Positions 30,001 to 39,332 of a DNA stretch of 55,548 nt are shown here, one piece after another. The notes under the pieces are model-generated. The model searched no databases. It saw only the letters and a list, made by a program, of their open reading frames with translations, and was not told where the DNA came from. Source of the DNA: a virus; the IMG/VR virus record IMGVR_UViG_3300029611_000007. One strand, 5' to 3'. The number at the start of each line of letters is the position of its first letter. Position 1 is the first letter of the stretch. The translations under genes were made by a program, and so were the position numbers.

Positions 30001-31623
30001 ATGGGAATGTTTGATAGCCTGCTCACGGCGATTGCCCCGGAGCGGGCGGTAAAACGTGCTGCTGCTCAGTCGGCAATACGGGCAATGAATTCTGGCTACT
30101 CCAACTATGGAGCCAGCCTGCACAAGAAATCTATGCGGGGCTGGACATGGCACGGAGGAAGCCCGAAAGAGGACATCGAAGATAATCTTCGCGTCCTGCG
30201 AGAAAGAAGCCGAGACGCTTTCATGGGCGTTCCGTTGGCAACAGGAGCAATCAAGACGATGCGAACCAACGTGGTGTGCGGCGGCTTGACCCCGACACCA
30301 CAGATCGACAACGCCTTTCTGGGTATCTCCGATGAAGAAGCCCAGAAAATCAACGCCCAGATCGCACGGGAGTTTGGCCTGTGGGCGAACAAACCGACCT
30401 GCGATGCAGACCGGCTCGATAACTTCTATATGCTCCAACAGCTCGTGTTCACGGGTTTCCTGCTGAACGGTGACGCTGTGGCGGTGCTGCAAAACAAGAA
30501 GTCGCCCGGTGTGCTGTATGACCTGCGGCTGCGGATCATCGAAGCCGACCGGCTGTGTTCGCCCAGCTTCATGGACGTGCTTTCGCCCTGCGAGATCAAC
30601 GGTCGCCATGTTGAAAAGATCGTGCAAGGTGTTGAAACCGATGCCGAGGGCATGGTCGTTGCGTACTGGATTTGTGACCGTCACCCACTGGCAAGCACGG
30701 TGGCGGCGGGCCTGTCTGCATCACACTGGACGCGAGTGGAAGCCTACGGCGCAAAGACCGGGCGGCAAAACATCCTGTGTCTGATGCAGCGTGACCGCGC
30801 CGGTCAGGTACGCGGTGTGCCGCTGCTGGCCCCGGTGCTGGAAAGTTTGAAGCAGTTGGGTCGCTTCACGGACGCAGAGCTGACCGCCGCTGTGGTGTCA
30901 GCCATGTTCACGGTTTTCATCAAGAAAACGGATCAGTCTGACGAGATACCGTTTGGCGAGATGCTTCCGCCGGAGGTGCAAGTGGATGCCCCGGACAAAA
31001 CCAGTGTAGAGCTGGCTCCCGGCGCGTTTATCGACCTGAACCCCGGCGAAGATGTACAGTTTGCAGACCCAAAACATCCGACAACGGGATTTGAAGCGTT
31101 CATGAACGCCATTGTGAAGCAGATGGCCGCAGCGTTGGAAATTCCGTCCGAGGTGCTTTACAAACAGTTCAGCACAAGTTACTCAGCGGCGCGGGGCGCA
31201 CTGAACGAGTTCTGGCGAACAACCGGGATGCACCGTGACTGGTTTGCAGATTATTTCTGCCAGCCGGTCTACGAAGCATGGTTCCGGGAAGCTGTGTGCA
31301 AGGGCAGGATCAAAGCCCCCGGTTTTCTGGTTGACCCGGCTGTGGCCGCGGCCTACATGAACTGCACATGGAACGGCCCAGCACGGACAAACCTCAACCC
31401 CAAGGACGAAGCCGCAGCCGCCCAGATGCGGGTGAACAGCGGCTTCTCTACGGCAGCACAGGAAACCGCCCAAATGACCGGCGGAAGTTACGAAGCAAAT
31501 ATGCGGCAGCGGAAATCCGAAGCCGCACTGAAACGGGAGGTGGACGAAATTGCAGGAGCGCAAGCACAACAGCAAACCGCTGTTCCTGAACGGGACGGCG
31601 GCGACCCCGGCAAAGACGAATAA
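30001..31623 (+). CDS. Portal protein (lambda gpB family)
   Basis: 540 aa, aaggaggg RBS, positioned after gpW and before the protease. Confidence 0.85.
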   Translation: MGMFDSLLTAIAPERAVKRAAAQSAIRAMNSGYSNYGASLHKKSMRGWTWHGGSPKEDIEDNLRVLRERSRDAFMGVPLATGAIKTMRTNVVCGGLTPTPQIDNAFLGISDEEAQKINAQIAREFGLWANKPTCDADRLDNFYMLQQLVFTGFLLNGDAVAVLQNKKSPGVLYDLRLRIIEADRLCSPSFMDVLSPCEINGRHVEKIVQGVETDAEGMVVAYWICDRHPLASTVAAGLSASHWTRVEAYGAKTGRQNILCLMQRDRAGQVRGVPLLAPVLESLKQLGRFTDAELTAAVVSAMFTVFIKKTDQSDEIPFGEMLPPEVQVDAPDKTSVELAPGAFIDLNPGEDVQFADPKHPTTGFEAFMNAIVKQMAAALEIPSEVLYKQFSTSYSAARGALNEFWRTTGMHRDWFADYFCQPVYEAWFREAVCKGRIKAPGFLVDPAVAAAYMNCTWNGPARTNLNPKDEAAAAQMRVNSGFSTAAQETAQMTGGSYEANMRQRKSEAALKREVDEIAGAQAQQQTAVPERDGGDPGKDE

Positions 31624-32782
31624 TAAGAAATTTTGGGAGTTCCGCAATGCAGCCGACACCGGCGGCACGGCGGAACTTCTGCTTTATGGCTACATCAGCG
31701 AAACGAGCTGGATGGGCGATGAAGTGACCCCGAAAGAGTTCGCCGCTGATCTTGCGACGATCCCGGCAACGGAGGATTTGACAGTGCGCATTTGCAGCGG
31801 CGGCGGTGACGTTTGGGCTGCACAGGCCATCGGTGCGCTGCTGGAAAACCGGATCGGAACAGTCACGGCGCAGATCGAGGGCATTTGCGCCAGTGCCGCA
31901 ACCATCGTGGCAAGTCATTGCAAGGTGGTCAAGGCGGCGGAAGATGCAACCTACATGATCCATCCCATCCGGGTGAACCCGAACGGGTTTGTGGACATGG
32001 CGGGCTTGCAGCAGCTTATGGATGCGCTGACCGTGATGCGTACCAACGTGCTGAACCAGTACGCCAAAAAGACCGGTCACACCGTCGAGGAAGTGGCGGC
32101 GTGGATGGATGCTACATCGTGGTGGTCTGCAAACGAAGCCAAAGAACACGGCTTTGTGGATGAAGTCACGACCGGCAACCAAACCAAGGCACAGGTCGAA
32201 AACCGCAACGGTGCGCTGTTCATCAACAGCGTTGCCGTGCCGGGTGCTTTCGACGATGCCCCTGAATTTGTACGAAACCGCGCTGTGGTGGCCCCTGCCG
32301 CAGAGGGCGGTTTTGTAAATACCACCGACAACAGCAACCCGGCGGAAGAGCCGGACAACGACAACGGAGGAACCGAAATGGAGTTCAAGAACAAAGAAGA
32401 GCTTCGGGCGGGCTGTCCTGATCTGGTCAATGAGATCGTGAACGATGCCCGTGCAGAAGCACAGAAGCAGGAACGTGACCGTCTTGCCGCCATTGACGAG
32501 ATCGCAGACACCATCCCGTCCGAGCTGGTGGCAGAAGCCAAGTATGGCGCAAAGGCTTGCACCGCACAGGAGCTTACCTACCGCGCCGCTCTGGATGCAA
32601 AGAAGAAAGGCCATAAGCTGCTGGACGATGTGCAGGACGACGCACAGGCCAGCGGCGCAAATGCCGTGGGCGGTGCAACCGCTGGCGGTGTGGGCGGTAC
32701 TGGCGTGACCAACACCAAGCCGACCGATGCCGAGAAGCGGGCCGCTTTCAAGAACCTGCTGCACCCCAAAAAGGAGGACTGA
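31550..32782 (+). CDS. ClpP/S49-like prohead protease fused to a scaffold-like C-terminal region
   Basis: TTG after gggaggtgg. 'RICSGGGDVWAAQAI', 'GICASAATIVASHC', 'YMIHP'. Ala/Glu-rich tail. Confidence 0.85.
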   Translation: MQERKHNSKPLFLNGTAATPAKTNNKKFWEFRNAADTGGTAELLLYGYISETSWMGDEVTPKEFAADLATIPATEDLTVRICSGGGDVWAAQAIGALLENRIGTVTAQIEGICASAATIVASHCKVVKAAEDATYMIHPIRVNPNGFVDMAGLQQLMDALTVMRTNVLNQYAKKTGHTVEEVAAWMDATSWWSANEAKEHGFVDEVTTGNQTKAQVENRNGALFINSVAVPGAFDDAPEFVRNRAVVAPAAEGGFVNTTDNSNPAEEPDNDNGGTEMEFKNKEELRAGCPDLVNEIVNDARAEAQKQERDRLAAIDEIADTIPSELVAEAKYGAKACTAQELTYRAALDAKKKGHKLLDDVQDDAQASGANAVGGATAGGVGGTGVTNTKPTDAEKRAAFKNLLHPKKED

Positions 32783-32785
32783 CCT

Positions 32786-33187
32786 ATGGCAACTAAGATG
32801 CTGAGTGAAAAGCTGGGCGAGGTTGAGTACGACAACCTGATCGTGGGTCTGACCCCGCCCAAGCGCGTCGGTGCTGGCAAGATTGCCAGCACCGGCAGTA
32901 AAGAAGCAACCTATGCCCGCGGTACTGTGTTCGCCAAGAGCGCAAAGGACGGCAAGCTGTACATTCTGGGCAGCACCGCAGCTTCCGGCGACACGCTGAC
33001 CGCTGACTGCATCCTGACCGACGACGTGACCGTCCCGGCCACCGGCGATGCGACCACCACCGTTTATCTGGCTGGCTGTTTCAACCCGGACAAGCTGGTG
33101 GTCAAGGACGAGTACGCCATGACCGAAGCGGACAAGAGCGCACTGCGCATGAACGGCATTGCAGTCCTGCCCGTGACTGAGATGTGA
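32786..33187 (+). CDS. Head decoration protein (gpD-like)
   Basis: 133 aa immediately upstream of the major capsid gene, in the lambda-like order. Confidence 0.6.
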   Translation: MATKMLSEKLGEVEYDNLIVGLTPPKRVGAGKIASTGSKEATYARGTVFAKSAKDGKLYILGSTAASGDTLTADCILTDDVTVPATGDATTTVYLAGCFNPDKLVVKDEYAMTEADKSALRMNGIAVLPVTEM

Positions 33188-33203
33188 AAGGAGGATACAT
33201 ACA

Positions 33204-34286
33204 ATGGCTGAGATTCTTCTGAATTTCTTCGACAATATCATTCTGGCAGCAGCCGTTGAAGAGGTCGTCCCGGCGGTCGGCTTCTTCAAAGATCGCTATT
33301 TCCCGACCGGCGCAGGTGACATTTTCAAGGCTGACAAGGTTATTACCGAGTACCGCGACGGCGACCGCAAACTGGCCGCGTTTGTTGCTCCCCGTGTTGG
33401 CGACATTCCCATGACCCGCCGCGGCTATGAGATCACCAGCATCCAGCCCGCCTACATCGCACCGTCCCGTCTGCTGACGCTGGACGAGCTGACTAAGCGC
33501 GGCTTTGGCGAAGCAATCTATCCCGGCATGGACGAGCAGCAGAGAGCCGCCCGCCTGCTGGTGGATGATATGGCCGACATGGATGCCCGCATTACCCGCC
33601 GCGAAGAGTGGATGGCTGCGCAGACCATGATTAACAACGGCTGCGATATGGTGGAGTACATCGACGATGTGACGCAGGGCGACACCAAGCAGGTGCGCTT
33701 CTTCACCGGCGAAAAGAGCGACCACCTGTATACCGTGGCAAAGAAGTGGAACGAGACTGGCGGCGATTATCGCAGCGATGTGCGTAATATGTGCCGTATG
33801 CTGTCCGCTCGTGGCCTGCCTGCCGCCGATCTGATCCTCGGAACGGATGTTGCTGATTACATCCTGACCGATGAAGCAACCCAGCGGCTTCTGGACAAGA
33901 ACAGCGGTATCATCACCGGTGAGATTCGCCAGCAGCTTTCCAAGTACGACGGTGTTGTGCTCATGGGTACTCTGAACTTCGGCGGCTTCATGCTCACCGT
34001 GTTCAGCGTTGATGAAACCTACTCCGACGACAACGGCGTGACGAAGAAGTATTTTCCTGCCGATGCTGCCATGGTGACTGCTCCCAACTGCGGCCACATG
34101 ATGTACGGCTCCATCACCCAGATGGATTACGGTCAGGTGAACTACTCGACCTACGCCGCAAAGCGTGTTCCGAAGTTCGTCGTGGATCAGGACAAGGACA
34201 CCCGCAAGCTCCGTCTGGGCTGTCGTCCTCTGGCCGCTCCCAAGAACAGGAACCCGTACATCTTCGCCGCAAACGTGGTGGGCTAA
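33204..34286 (+). CDS. Major capsid protein (lambda gpE family)
   Basis: 360 aa, strong RBS, N-terminal '..FFKDRYFPTG..' and position after the decoration protein. Confidence 0.85.
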   Translation: MAEILLNFFDNIILAAAVEEVVPAVGFFKDRYFPTGAGDIFKADKVITEYRDGDRKLAAFVAPRVGDIPMTRRGYEITSIQPAYIAPSRLLTLDELTKRGFGEAIYPGMDEQQRAARLLVDDMADMDARITRREEWMAAQTMINNGCDMVEYIDDVTQGDTKQVRFFTGEKSDHLYTVAKKWNETGGDYRSDVRNMCRMLSARGLPAADLILGTDVADYILTDEATQRLLDKNSGIITGEIRQQLSKYDGVVLMGTLNFGGFMLTVFSVDETYSDDNGVTKKYFPADAAMVTAPNCGHMMYGSITQMDYGQVNYSTYAAKRVPKFVVDQDKDTRKLRLGCRPLAAPKNRNPYIFAANVVG

Positions 34287-34305
34287 ACCGGAAAGGAGCA
34301 GCTAC

Positions 34306-34578
34306 ATGAAAATCGTTCAGATCATCGCCGGTGGTTACGGCCACCGTCCCAAGGCAACCGCCCCCGCCAAGCTGATTCTGGCGGGGGAATTTGTTTGCCT
34401 TGATGATGCCGAAGCTGACCGCCTTGTGCAGCAGGGCGTGGCAGTCTATGGCGAACCGGACGAGGAAACCCGCGAGATTGTGGAACAGGCAGATGCCGAC
34501 GGCAACGAGCCTGAACCGCACCCCGCCGCGGCGGACAAAACGCCCCGCAGGAAGGCCCGCAAGACCTCTGCGGAGTAA
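34306..34578 (+). CDS. Hypothetical head-module protein (90 aa)
   Basis: ATG at 34306 after gaaaggag. The track ORF 34165 start lies inside the capsid gene. Confidence 0.65.
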   Translation: MKIVQIIAGGYGHRPKATAPAKLILAGEFVCLDDAEADRLVQQGVAVYGEPDEETREIVEQADADGNEPEPHPAAADKTPRRKARKTSAE

Positions 34579-34590
34579 ACGGGTGCGACC

Positions 34591-34926
34591 ATGACCGACT
34601 TTCTGGAAATGGCAATGGCTGACATTGACGAGGTTTTCTTTCAAGAGTTTGTCGAAAAGCACACCATCGACGGAGAAGAGTTCGATGTTGTGCCGTATGA
34701 GGTAGACCTGAGAGAACGCAAGTCGCACTGGGAAGCCGGAGCCAAACAAAACTTCGACCAAGGACTGTATATTTCTCAAAAGCAGTTTTTTGTTCGCGTT
34801 GCTGATTATGGCCCTGCTCCTAAAATCGGGAAACCGATGGAGTACGACAAGATCACCTACTCGGTGAAGAGCTGCCAGACAGAACATGGTCTGTATTTGG
34901 TCACATTGGAGAGGGTGCGGCAGTAA
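34591..34926 (+). CDS. Putative head-tail connector/adaptor
   Basis: Called on size and position only. Confidence 0.6.
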   Translation: MTDFLEMAMADIDEVFFQEFVEKHTIDGEEFDVVPYEVDLRERKSHWEAGAKQNFDQGLYISQKQFFVRVADYGPAPKIGKPMEYDKITYSVKSCQTEHGLYLVTLERVRQ

Positions 34927-35609
34927 TGGCAAAAGCAATCTATGACGTGCAAGTGCCAAACATCGGTGAGGTGGAACGTGCGCTCGGCGATCTGCATGAC
35001 AAGGCTCCCAGAGCCATGAAAAATGCAGTAAATCAGACCGCAACGAGAGCCAAGAACATGATGGTGCGGCAAGCACGGCTTCGGTACGCCGTCAATTCCG
35101 CCGGTCGCCGTCACCTGAATGCGTTGAAAATCCGCAACAGGGCGACGACGCAGAACCCCACGGCGGAGATTTTTATTTCCAGCCGCCGAAACGATCTGGG
35201 CGATTTTCAGTCAAACCCGGCTGTTCCTCACATGGGAACAAGCTGGATTTTGTCGCCTGAGTTCCACACCTCCCGTGTCTTGAAGAAAAATCCGATGGCC
35301 CCGCTGACCGGCGGACGGACCGATTACGGTCAGGCGAGTAAGGGCTTTCTGGTGAAGTTCGACAGTGGACACGTTGGCATGGTGCAGAGGATTCTCGGTC
35401 GTTCGGCGACAAACCCGAAATCGACAAGATGGAGGAACAGGAACGGCATTGTAGAAAAACTCTACACCATGTCCAGCCCGTCGGCCAGTGCTATGCACAG
35501 TACGGTATGGCGGGAAGAGGTGGAGCCGGACAGCGAGATCATCTTGCAGGAGCGGTTACAGCATGAGGTGTCCAAGATTCTGCTGCAAGCCGGGAGGAAA
35601 GCAAAGTGA
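34926..35609 (+). CDS. Putative head-closure / virion morphogenesis protein (HK97 gp10-like)
   Basis: ATGG overlap start, position in the head-tail joining module; functional call is weak. Confidence 0.6.
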   Translation: MAKAIYDVQVPNIGEVERALGDLHDKAPRAMKNAVNQTATRAKNMMVRQARLRYAVNSAGRRHLNALKIRNRATTQNPTAEIFISSRRNDLGDFQSNPAVPHMGTSWILSPEFHTSRVLKKNPMAPLTGGRTDYGQASKGFLVKFDSGHVGMVQRILGRSATNPKSTRWRNRNGIVEKLYTMSSPSASAMHSTVWREEVEPDSEIILQERLQHEVSKILLQAGRKAK

Positions 35610-36142
35610 GAGAAAGCAACTATACGCCGGTTGACGCTGTGAAGTGTCTGCACGAAGAGCTTGAAAAACTCTTTGAGGGCAAGACGTTCAGCGGTCAGGG
35701 CAAAGATAAGCCGCTCAACATCTTCGACTTTGAATTTCCAACCGACTTCGGCAACGACGAAGATGTGGACACAGTAGCCGCCGCCGCCCCGTTTATTCTG
35801 GTCAAGGCCGCAGGTTGGAGCATCGACAAGATGGAAGAGCCGGAACTGGTGGACATGAGCCTGATTATTTGTACATACCAGACACCCAGCCGCAATAAGG
35901 CGGAGGGAGCGCGGGACATGAAAGCCCCGGCGGTGCTGGATTTGTACAACATCATGCAGGATTTGGCCCAGCATTTCCGCGTCTACAACGTCTTTGGCGA
36001 TTACTTCAACGTGCTGCTCCCCATTGATTGTGCGATCCAGCAGGATAACACAAGTCCGTACTACTTCGCTACCGTGCAGATGGACGTGACCTGCCCCAGC
36101 ATGAGCAGCGAGAACAACCCGGAAATTGAGGTGTTAATATGA
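35606..36142 (+). CDS. Putative tail-completion/terminator protein
   Basis: GTGA overlap; immediately upstream of the sheath module. Confidence 0.65.
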   Translation: MRESNYTPVDAVKCLHEELEKLFEGKTFSGQGKDKPLNIFDFEFPTDFGNDEDVDTVAAAAPFILVKAAGWSIDKMEEPELVDMSLIICTYQTPSRNKAEGARDMKAPAVLDLYNIMQDLAQHFRVYNVFGDYFNVLLPIDCAIQQDNTSPYYFATVQMDVTCPSMSSENNPEIEVLI

Positions 36143-36423
36143 GCGAGAGAAAGCAGACCGCCGCAGAGAATACCGCAGCGGTGGAAAAGACCGGCCCTGT
36201 TGTGTACTGTGGCCCGTCCGTAAAGAACACTGTGAAGCAGTTTACCGTGTACAGCGACGGCGACGCGCTGCCGGACGCGGTGGCTGACTTCCTGAACAGA
36301 ATCCCGGCGGCACGGGGCCTGATGGTTCCCATCGCCGACTTCGCAAATACTCGCGCAGCTCTGGAAAACCCCAAGAGCGGCGCGGGTATTATTTTTGCCG
36401 CGGTTAAGGCGGCACTGAACTAA
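36139..36423 (+). CDS. Hypothetical structural-module protein (94 aa)
   Basis: ATGA overlap; operon context. Confidence 0.65.
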   Translation: MSERKQTAAENTAAVEKTGPVVYCGPSVKNTVKQFTVYSDGDALPDAVADFLNRIPAARGLMVPIADFANTRAALENPKSGAGIIFAAVKAALN

Positions 36424-36438
36424 AGGAGGGAGTAACGC

Positions 36439-37890
36439 ATGGCAGTTTATAAGCATGGCGTTTACGTCACTGAGCAGCCGACCGGTGTTGTTGCACCGGT
36501 ACAGTCTACCGCTGGTTTGCAGGTGGTGATCGGTACTGCGCCGATCAACCGCGCCAGCGACCCCTATCACTGCACCAACACCCCGATGCTGGCAAACACC
36601 CTGAAAGGTGCGACCGCAGCGGTCGGTTATAGCAACGACTACGACAAGTACACCATCTGTCAGAGCATGGGGGCCTGTTTCAAGGTGATGGGCGTTGCGC
36701 CGGTGATCCTGATTAACGTCCTCGACCCCAACAAGCACAAGAAGGACATGGCAGAAACCACCGTGCAGGTCAACAGTGGCGTTGCAACTGTGGAGCAGAA
36801 AGACATTCTGCTGGACAAGCTGGTTGTCAAGTCCGCATCTACGACCCTGACCGCTGGCACGGACTACACCGCAGCCTTTGACGATGACGGTTATGTGACC
36901 ATTGCCATCATCCCCGGCGGAAAGGCCGCGAGCGCAACCAGCCTGACCGTGAGTGGTGTGCAGATCGACCCCGATGCCGTTACCGCCGCCGACATTGTGG
37001 GCGGTGTGAATGCCAAGGGCGTAGAAACCGGCATGGAGGTAATCCGTCAGATTTACCCCGCGCTGAACATGACCCCCGGTATTCTGCTGGCTCCCGGTTG
37101 GTCGGAGAATGCTACCGTTGCCGCTGGCTTGCAGGCGAAAACCGGCAACATCAACGGCGTGTTCCGGGCTGTTTGTATCGTGGATATTGACAGCTCTGCC
37201 ACAGGCGCAACCACCTACACCGAGGTAAAGCAGCAGAAAGAGAAGCAGGCGGTCACTAGCCCGAACTGCTACCCTGTCTGGCTGTATGCCAAGGTGGGCG
37301 ATGTGGTCTATGCCGGTTCTGCTATGGCCGCTGCACTGACCGTGGCGACCGATGCAGCCAATGGCGACATTCCCTATGTCAGCCCGTCCAACAAGACGCT
37401 GGCAATCTCCGCCGCCTGCCTGAAAGACGGCACGGAAGTGCTGCTGGATCAGGAGCAGGCAAACGTCGTCAACTCGTTCGGCGTGGCAACGTGGCTGAAC
37501 ATGAACGGCTTCCGTCTGTGGGGCAACAATACGGCCTGCTACCCCGGCAACACCGACCCCAAGGATCGCTGGTTCAGCGTCCGCCGCTTTATGAGCTGGG
37601 ACGATAACACGTTCATTCAGATCTACTTCCAGAAAGTCGATGATCCGCTGAACAAAAGGCTTATCGAAGCTCTGGTGGACAGCGAGAACGTGCGCGGCAA
37701 CAGCTTTGTTTCCCGCGGCATCTGCGCCCGCCATGAGATTCAGTACATCGAGAGCGAGAACCCGACCACCTCGCTGCTGAATGGCTGCATCACGTTCCAC
37801 AAGTACCTGTCCCCGTTCAACCCGGCGGAGGACATCGAAGAGCTGGTGGAGTTCGACCCCAACGCGATCTCTGACGCGCTGGGCGGTTAA
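36439..37890 (+). CDS. Contractile tail sheath protein
   Basis: 483 aa; 'MAVYKHGVYVTEQPT..' is a sheath-type N-terminus; followed by the tube gene. Confidence 0.85.
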   Translation: MAVYKHGVYVTEQPTGVVAPVQSTAGLQVVIGTAPINRASDPYHCTNTPMLANTLKGATAAVGYSNDYDKYTICQSMGACFKVMGVAPVILINVLDPNKHKKDMAETTVQVNSGVATVEQKDILLDKLVVKSASTTLTAGTDYTAAFDDDGYVTIAIIPGGKAASATSLTVSGVQIDPDAVTAADIVGGVNAKGVETGMEVIRQIYPALNMTPGILLAPGWSENATVAAGLQAKTGNINGVFRAVCIVDIDSSATGATTYTEVKQQKEKQAVTSPNCYPVWLYAKVGDVVYAGSAMAAALTVATDAANGDIPYVSPSNKTLAISAACLKDGTEVLLDQEQANVVNSFGVATWLNMNGFRLWGNNTACYPGNTDPKDRWFSVRRFMSWDDNTFIQIYFQKVDDPLNKRLIEALVDSENVRGNSFVSRGICARHEIQYIESENPTTSLLNGCITFHKYLSPFNPAEDIEELVEFDPNAISDALGG

Positions 37891-37912
37891 ACGAGAAAGG
37901 AGGATATGAGTT

Positions 37913-38440
37913 ATGGCACTGGATACTAACCTGACCCCGGAAATTGTAAACAGTTTCAACGTCTACATTGACGGCGTGAAAGCCATCGGCACGGCCCCGG
38001 AGATCACCCTGCCGCAGATCACCTCGGAAACTATTGATGTTTCCGGTTCTGGCATCCTCGGCAAGATCAGCGCACCGAACATCGGCCAGTTTGAGAGCAT
38101 CGAGCAGGAGGTTTCTTTCAACCTCGTGTATTCGAGCTTTGTCAACGTGCTGTCCCCGAAGCGTCAGGTCAATCTGACTTTCCGCGTGGCGCAGCAGGCG
38201 GTCGATAAGAGCCTTGGCTATGCCTACAAGGGCCTGCGAATCGTCGAGATCGGTCGTGTCAAAGAGTTCACTCCCGGCAAGATCAAGGCGGGCGAGGGCA
38301 TGGAAGCAAAGGTCAAGCTCGAATTGACGTACCTCATGATCGAGAACGACGGCGAAGAGATTATCGCCATCGACAAACTGAACGGTATCTACCGTGTGCA
38401 GGGTGAGGATATGCTGGCGGATGTTGCCGCTCTGATCTGA
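37913..38440 (+). CDS. Tail tube protein
   Basis: 175 aa directly after the sheath, strong RBS. Confidence 0.75.
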   Translation: MALDTNLTPEIVNSFNVYIDGVKAIGTAPEITLPQITSETIDVSGSGILGKISAPNIGQFESIEQEVSFNLVYSSFVNVLSPKRQVNLTFRVAQQAVDKSLGYAYKGLRIVEIGRVKEFTPGKIKAGEGMEAKVKLELTYLMIENDGEEIIAIDKLNGIYRVQGEDMLADVAALI

Positions 38441-38517
38441 TCCCAAAGGAAACGAATGACCGCCCCGAAAGACCGGGGCGGTCAATTTTTTGTATCTGAC
38501 AGAAAGGAAACTTCATC

Positions 38518-39183
38518 ATGGAGAAGAACATTTCTACCGCCGCAGAGCAGACCAAAACCGCAGAGGTCAAGAAGAACCCGAAGATCATCGAGCTGGCCCG
38601 TCCCTATAAGTTCGACGACAAGGAGTATACCGAGATCGACCTGTCCGGTCTGGACGGACTGACCATCAAGGACGCGGTGCTTATCATCAAGAAGCTGTAC
38701 AACGAGGGTGAGCTGGCCGCGATGATTACCCCCGAAACTGCCACCGCATACACCGACGCTCTGGCCGCAGCAGCAACGAAGCTCCCCATTGAGTTCTTCC
38801 AGTTGCTTCCCATCGGCGCAAGCAAAAAGGTACGCCAGACCGTACAGGCATCCCTCCGCAGCGCGACGGCAGAGGACGGCGACGACAAGGACGATCATAG
38901 CCACGTCATGAAGTTCGGCAAGCCCTATACCTACAAGGGCGAAACCTACACTTCCATTGATCTGTCCGGTGTCGCCAACATGACCGGCATGAATGTCCGT
39001 CAGGCGGAGAACCGCATGGAGGAAGAGGACATTCGCGCAGCAGAAAAGACCCTGAACTACTACTACTGCTGCCTGATCGCTTCTATGGCGACCGGCAAGG
39101 ATGTTGCGTTCTTCCTCGGCCTGCCCCTGTCGGAAGCTGTGCAGCTCCGCGCAGGTGTCAACCACAAGGATTTTTTCGCTTAA
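38518..39183 (+). CDS. Tail assembly chaperone (internally duplicated domain)
   Basis: 'ELARPYKFDDKEYTEIDLSGLDGLT' and 'MKFGKPYTYKGETYTSIDLSGVANMT' form a tandem repeat. Lies between tube and tape measure. Confidence 0.7.
   Translation: MEKNISTAAEQTKTAEVKKNPKIIELARPYKFDDKEYTEIDLSGLDGLTIKDAVLIIKKLYNEGELAAMITPETATAYTDALAAAATKLPIEFFQLLPIGASKKVRQTVQASLRSATAEDGDDKDDHSHVMKFGKPYTYKGETYTSIDLSGVANMTGMNVRQAENRMEEEDIRAAEKTLNYYYCCLIASMATGKDVAFFLGLPLSEAVQLRAGVNHKDFFA
39171..39177 (+). other. Candidate -1 programmed frameshift slippery heptamer T_TTT_TTC
   Basis: X_XXY_YYZ in the 0 frame, 4 nt before the chaperone stop. The -1 frame stays open to the tag at 39330-39332. Confidence 0.6.
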
Positions 39184-39332
39184 AGGGCGGCTACAAAACA
39201 ATCAGAAAGGCGGCGATAGCTCTCGCCACAGTCACGCACACAAGCGCAGATTTTTACCTGAACTTGCCTGTGCGTGAGCTGGTGGAGATTCACGGGGAGG
39301 TTGCGGAGGAATGGCAAAAAATCAAGAACTAG
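39177..39332 (+). CDS. -1 frame extension of the tail chaperone (G/GT-type fusion product)
   Basis: Own translation: RLKGGYKTIRKAAIALATVTHTSADFYLNLPVRELVEIHGEVAEEWQKIKN*. Confidence 0.5.
   Translation, partial: RLKGGYKTIRKAAIALATVTHTSADFYLNLPVRELVEIHGEVAEEWQKIKN

Noticed and set aside
31448-33289. 613-aa minus-strand ORF. Similar long antisense ORFs occur at 33102-34097, 36061-37959, 41165-43237, 45864-47174, 47125-48162, 49402-50901 and 52673-53986.
   Set aside because: All are antisense to recognisable structural, RT or lysis genes in a tightly packed + strand operon. Their composition (Arg/Gly/Ala/His-rich) and the lack of starts with an SD indicate non-coding shadows.
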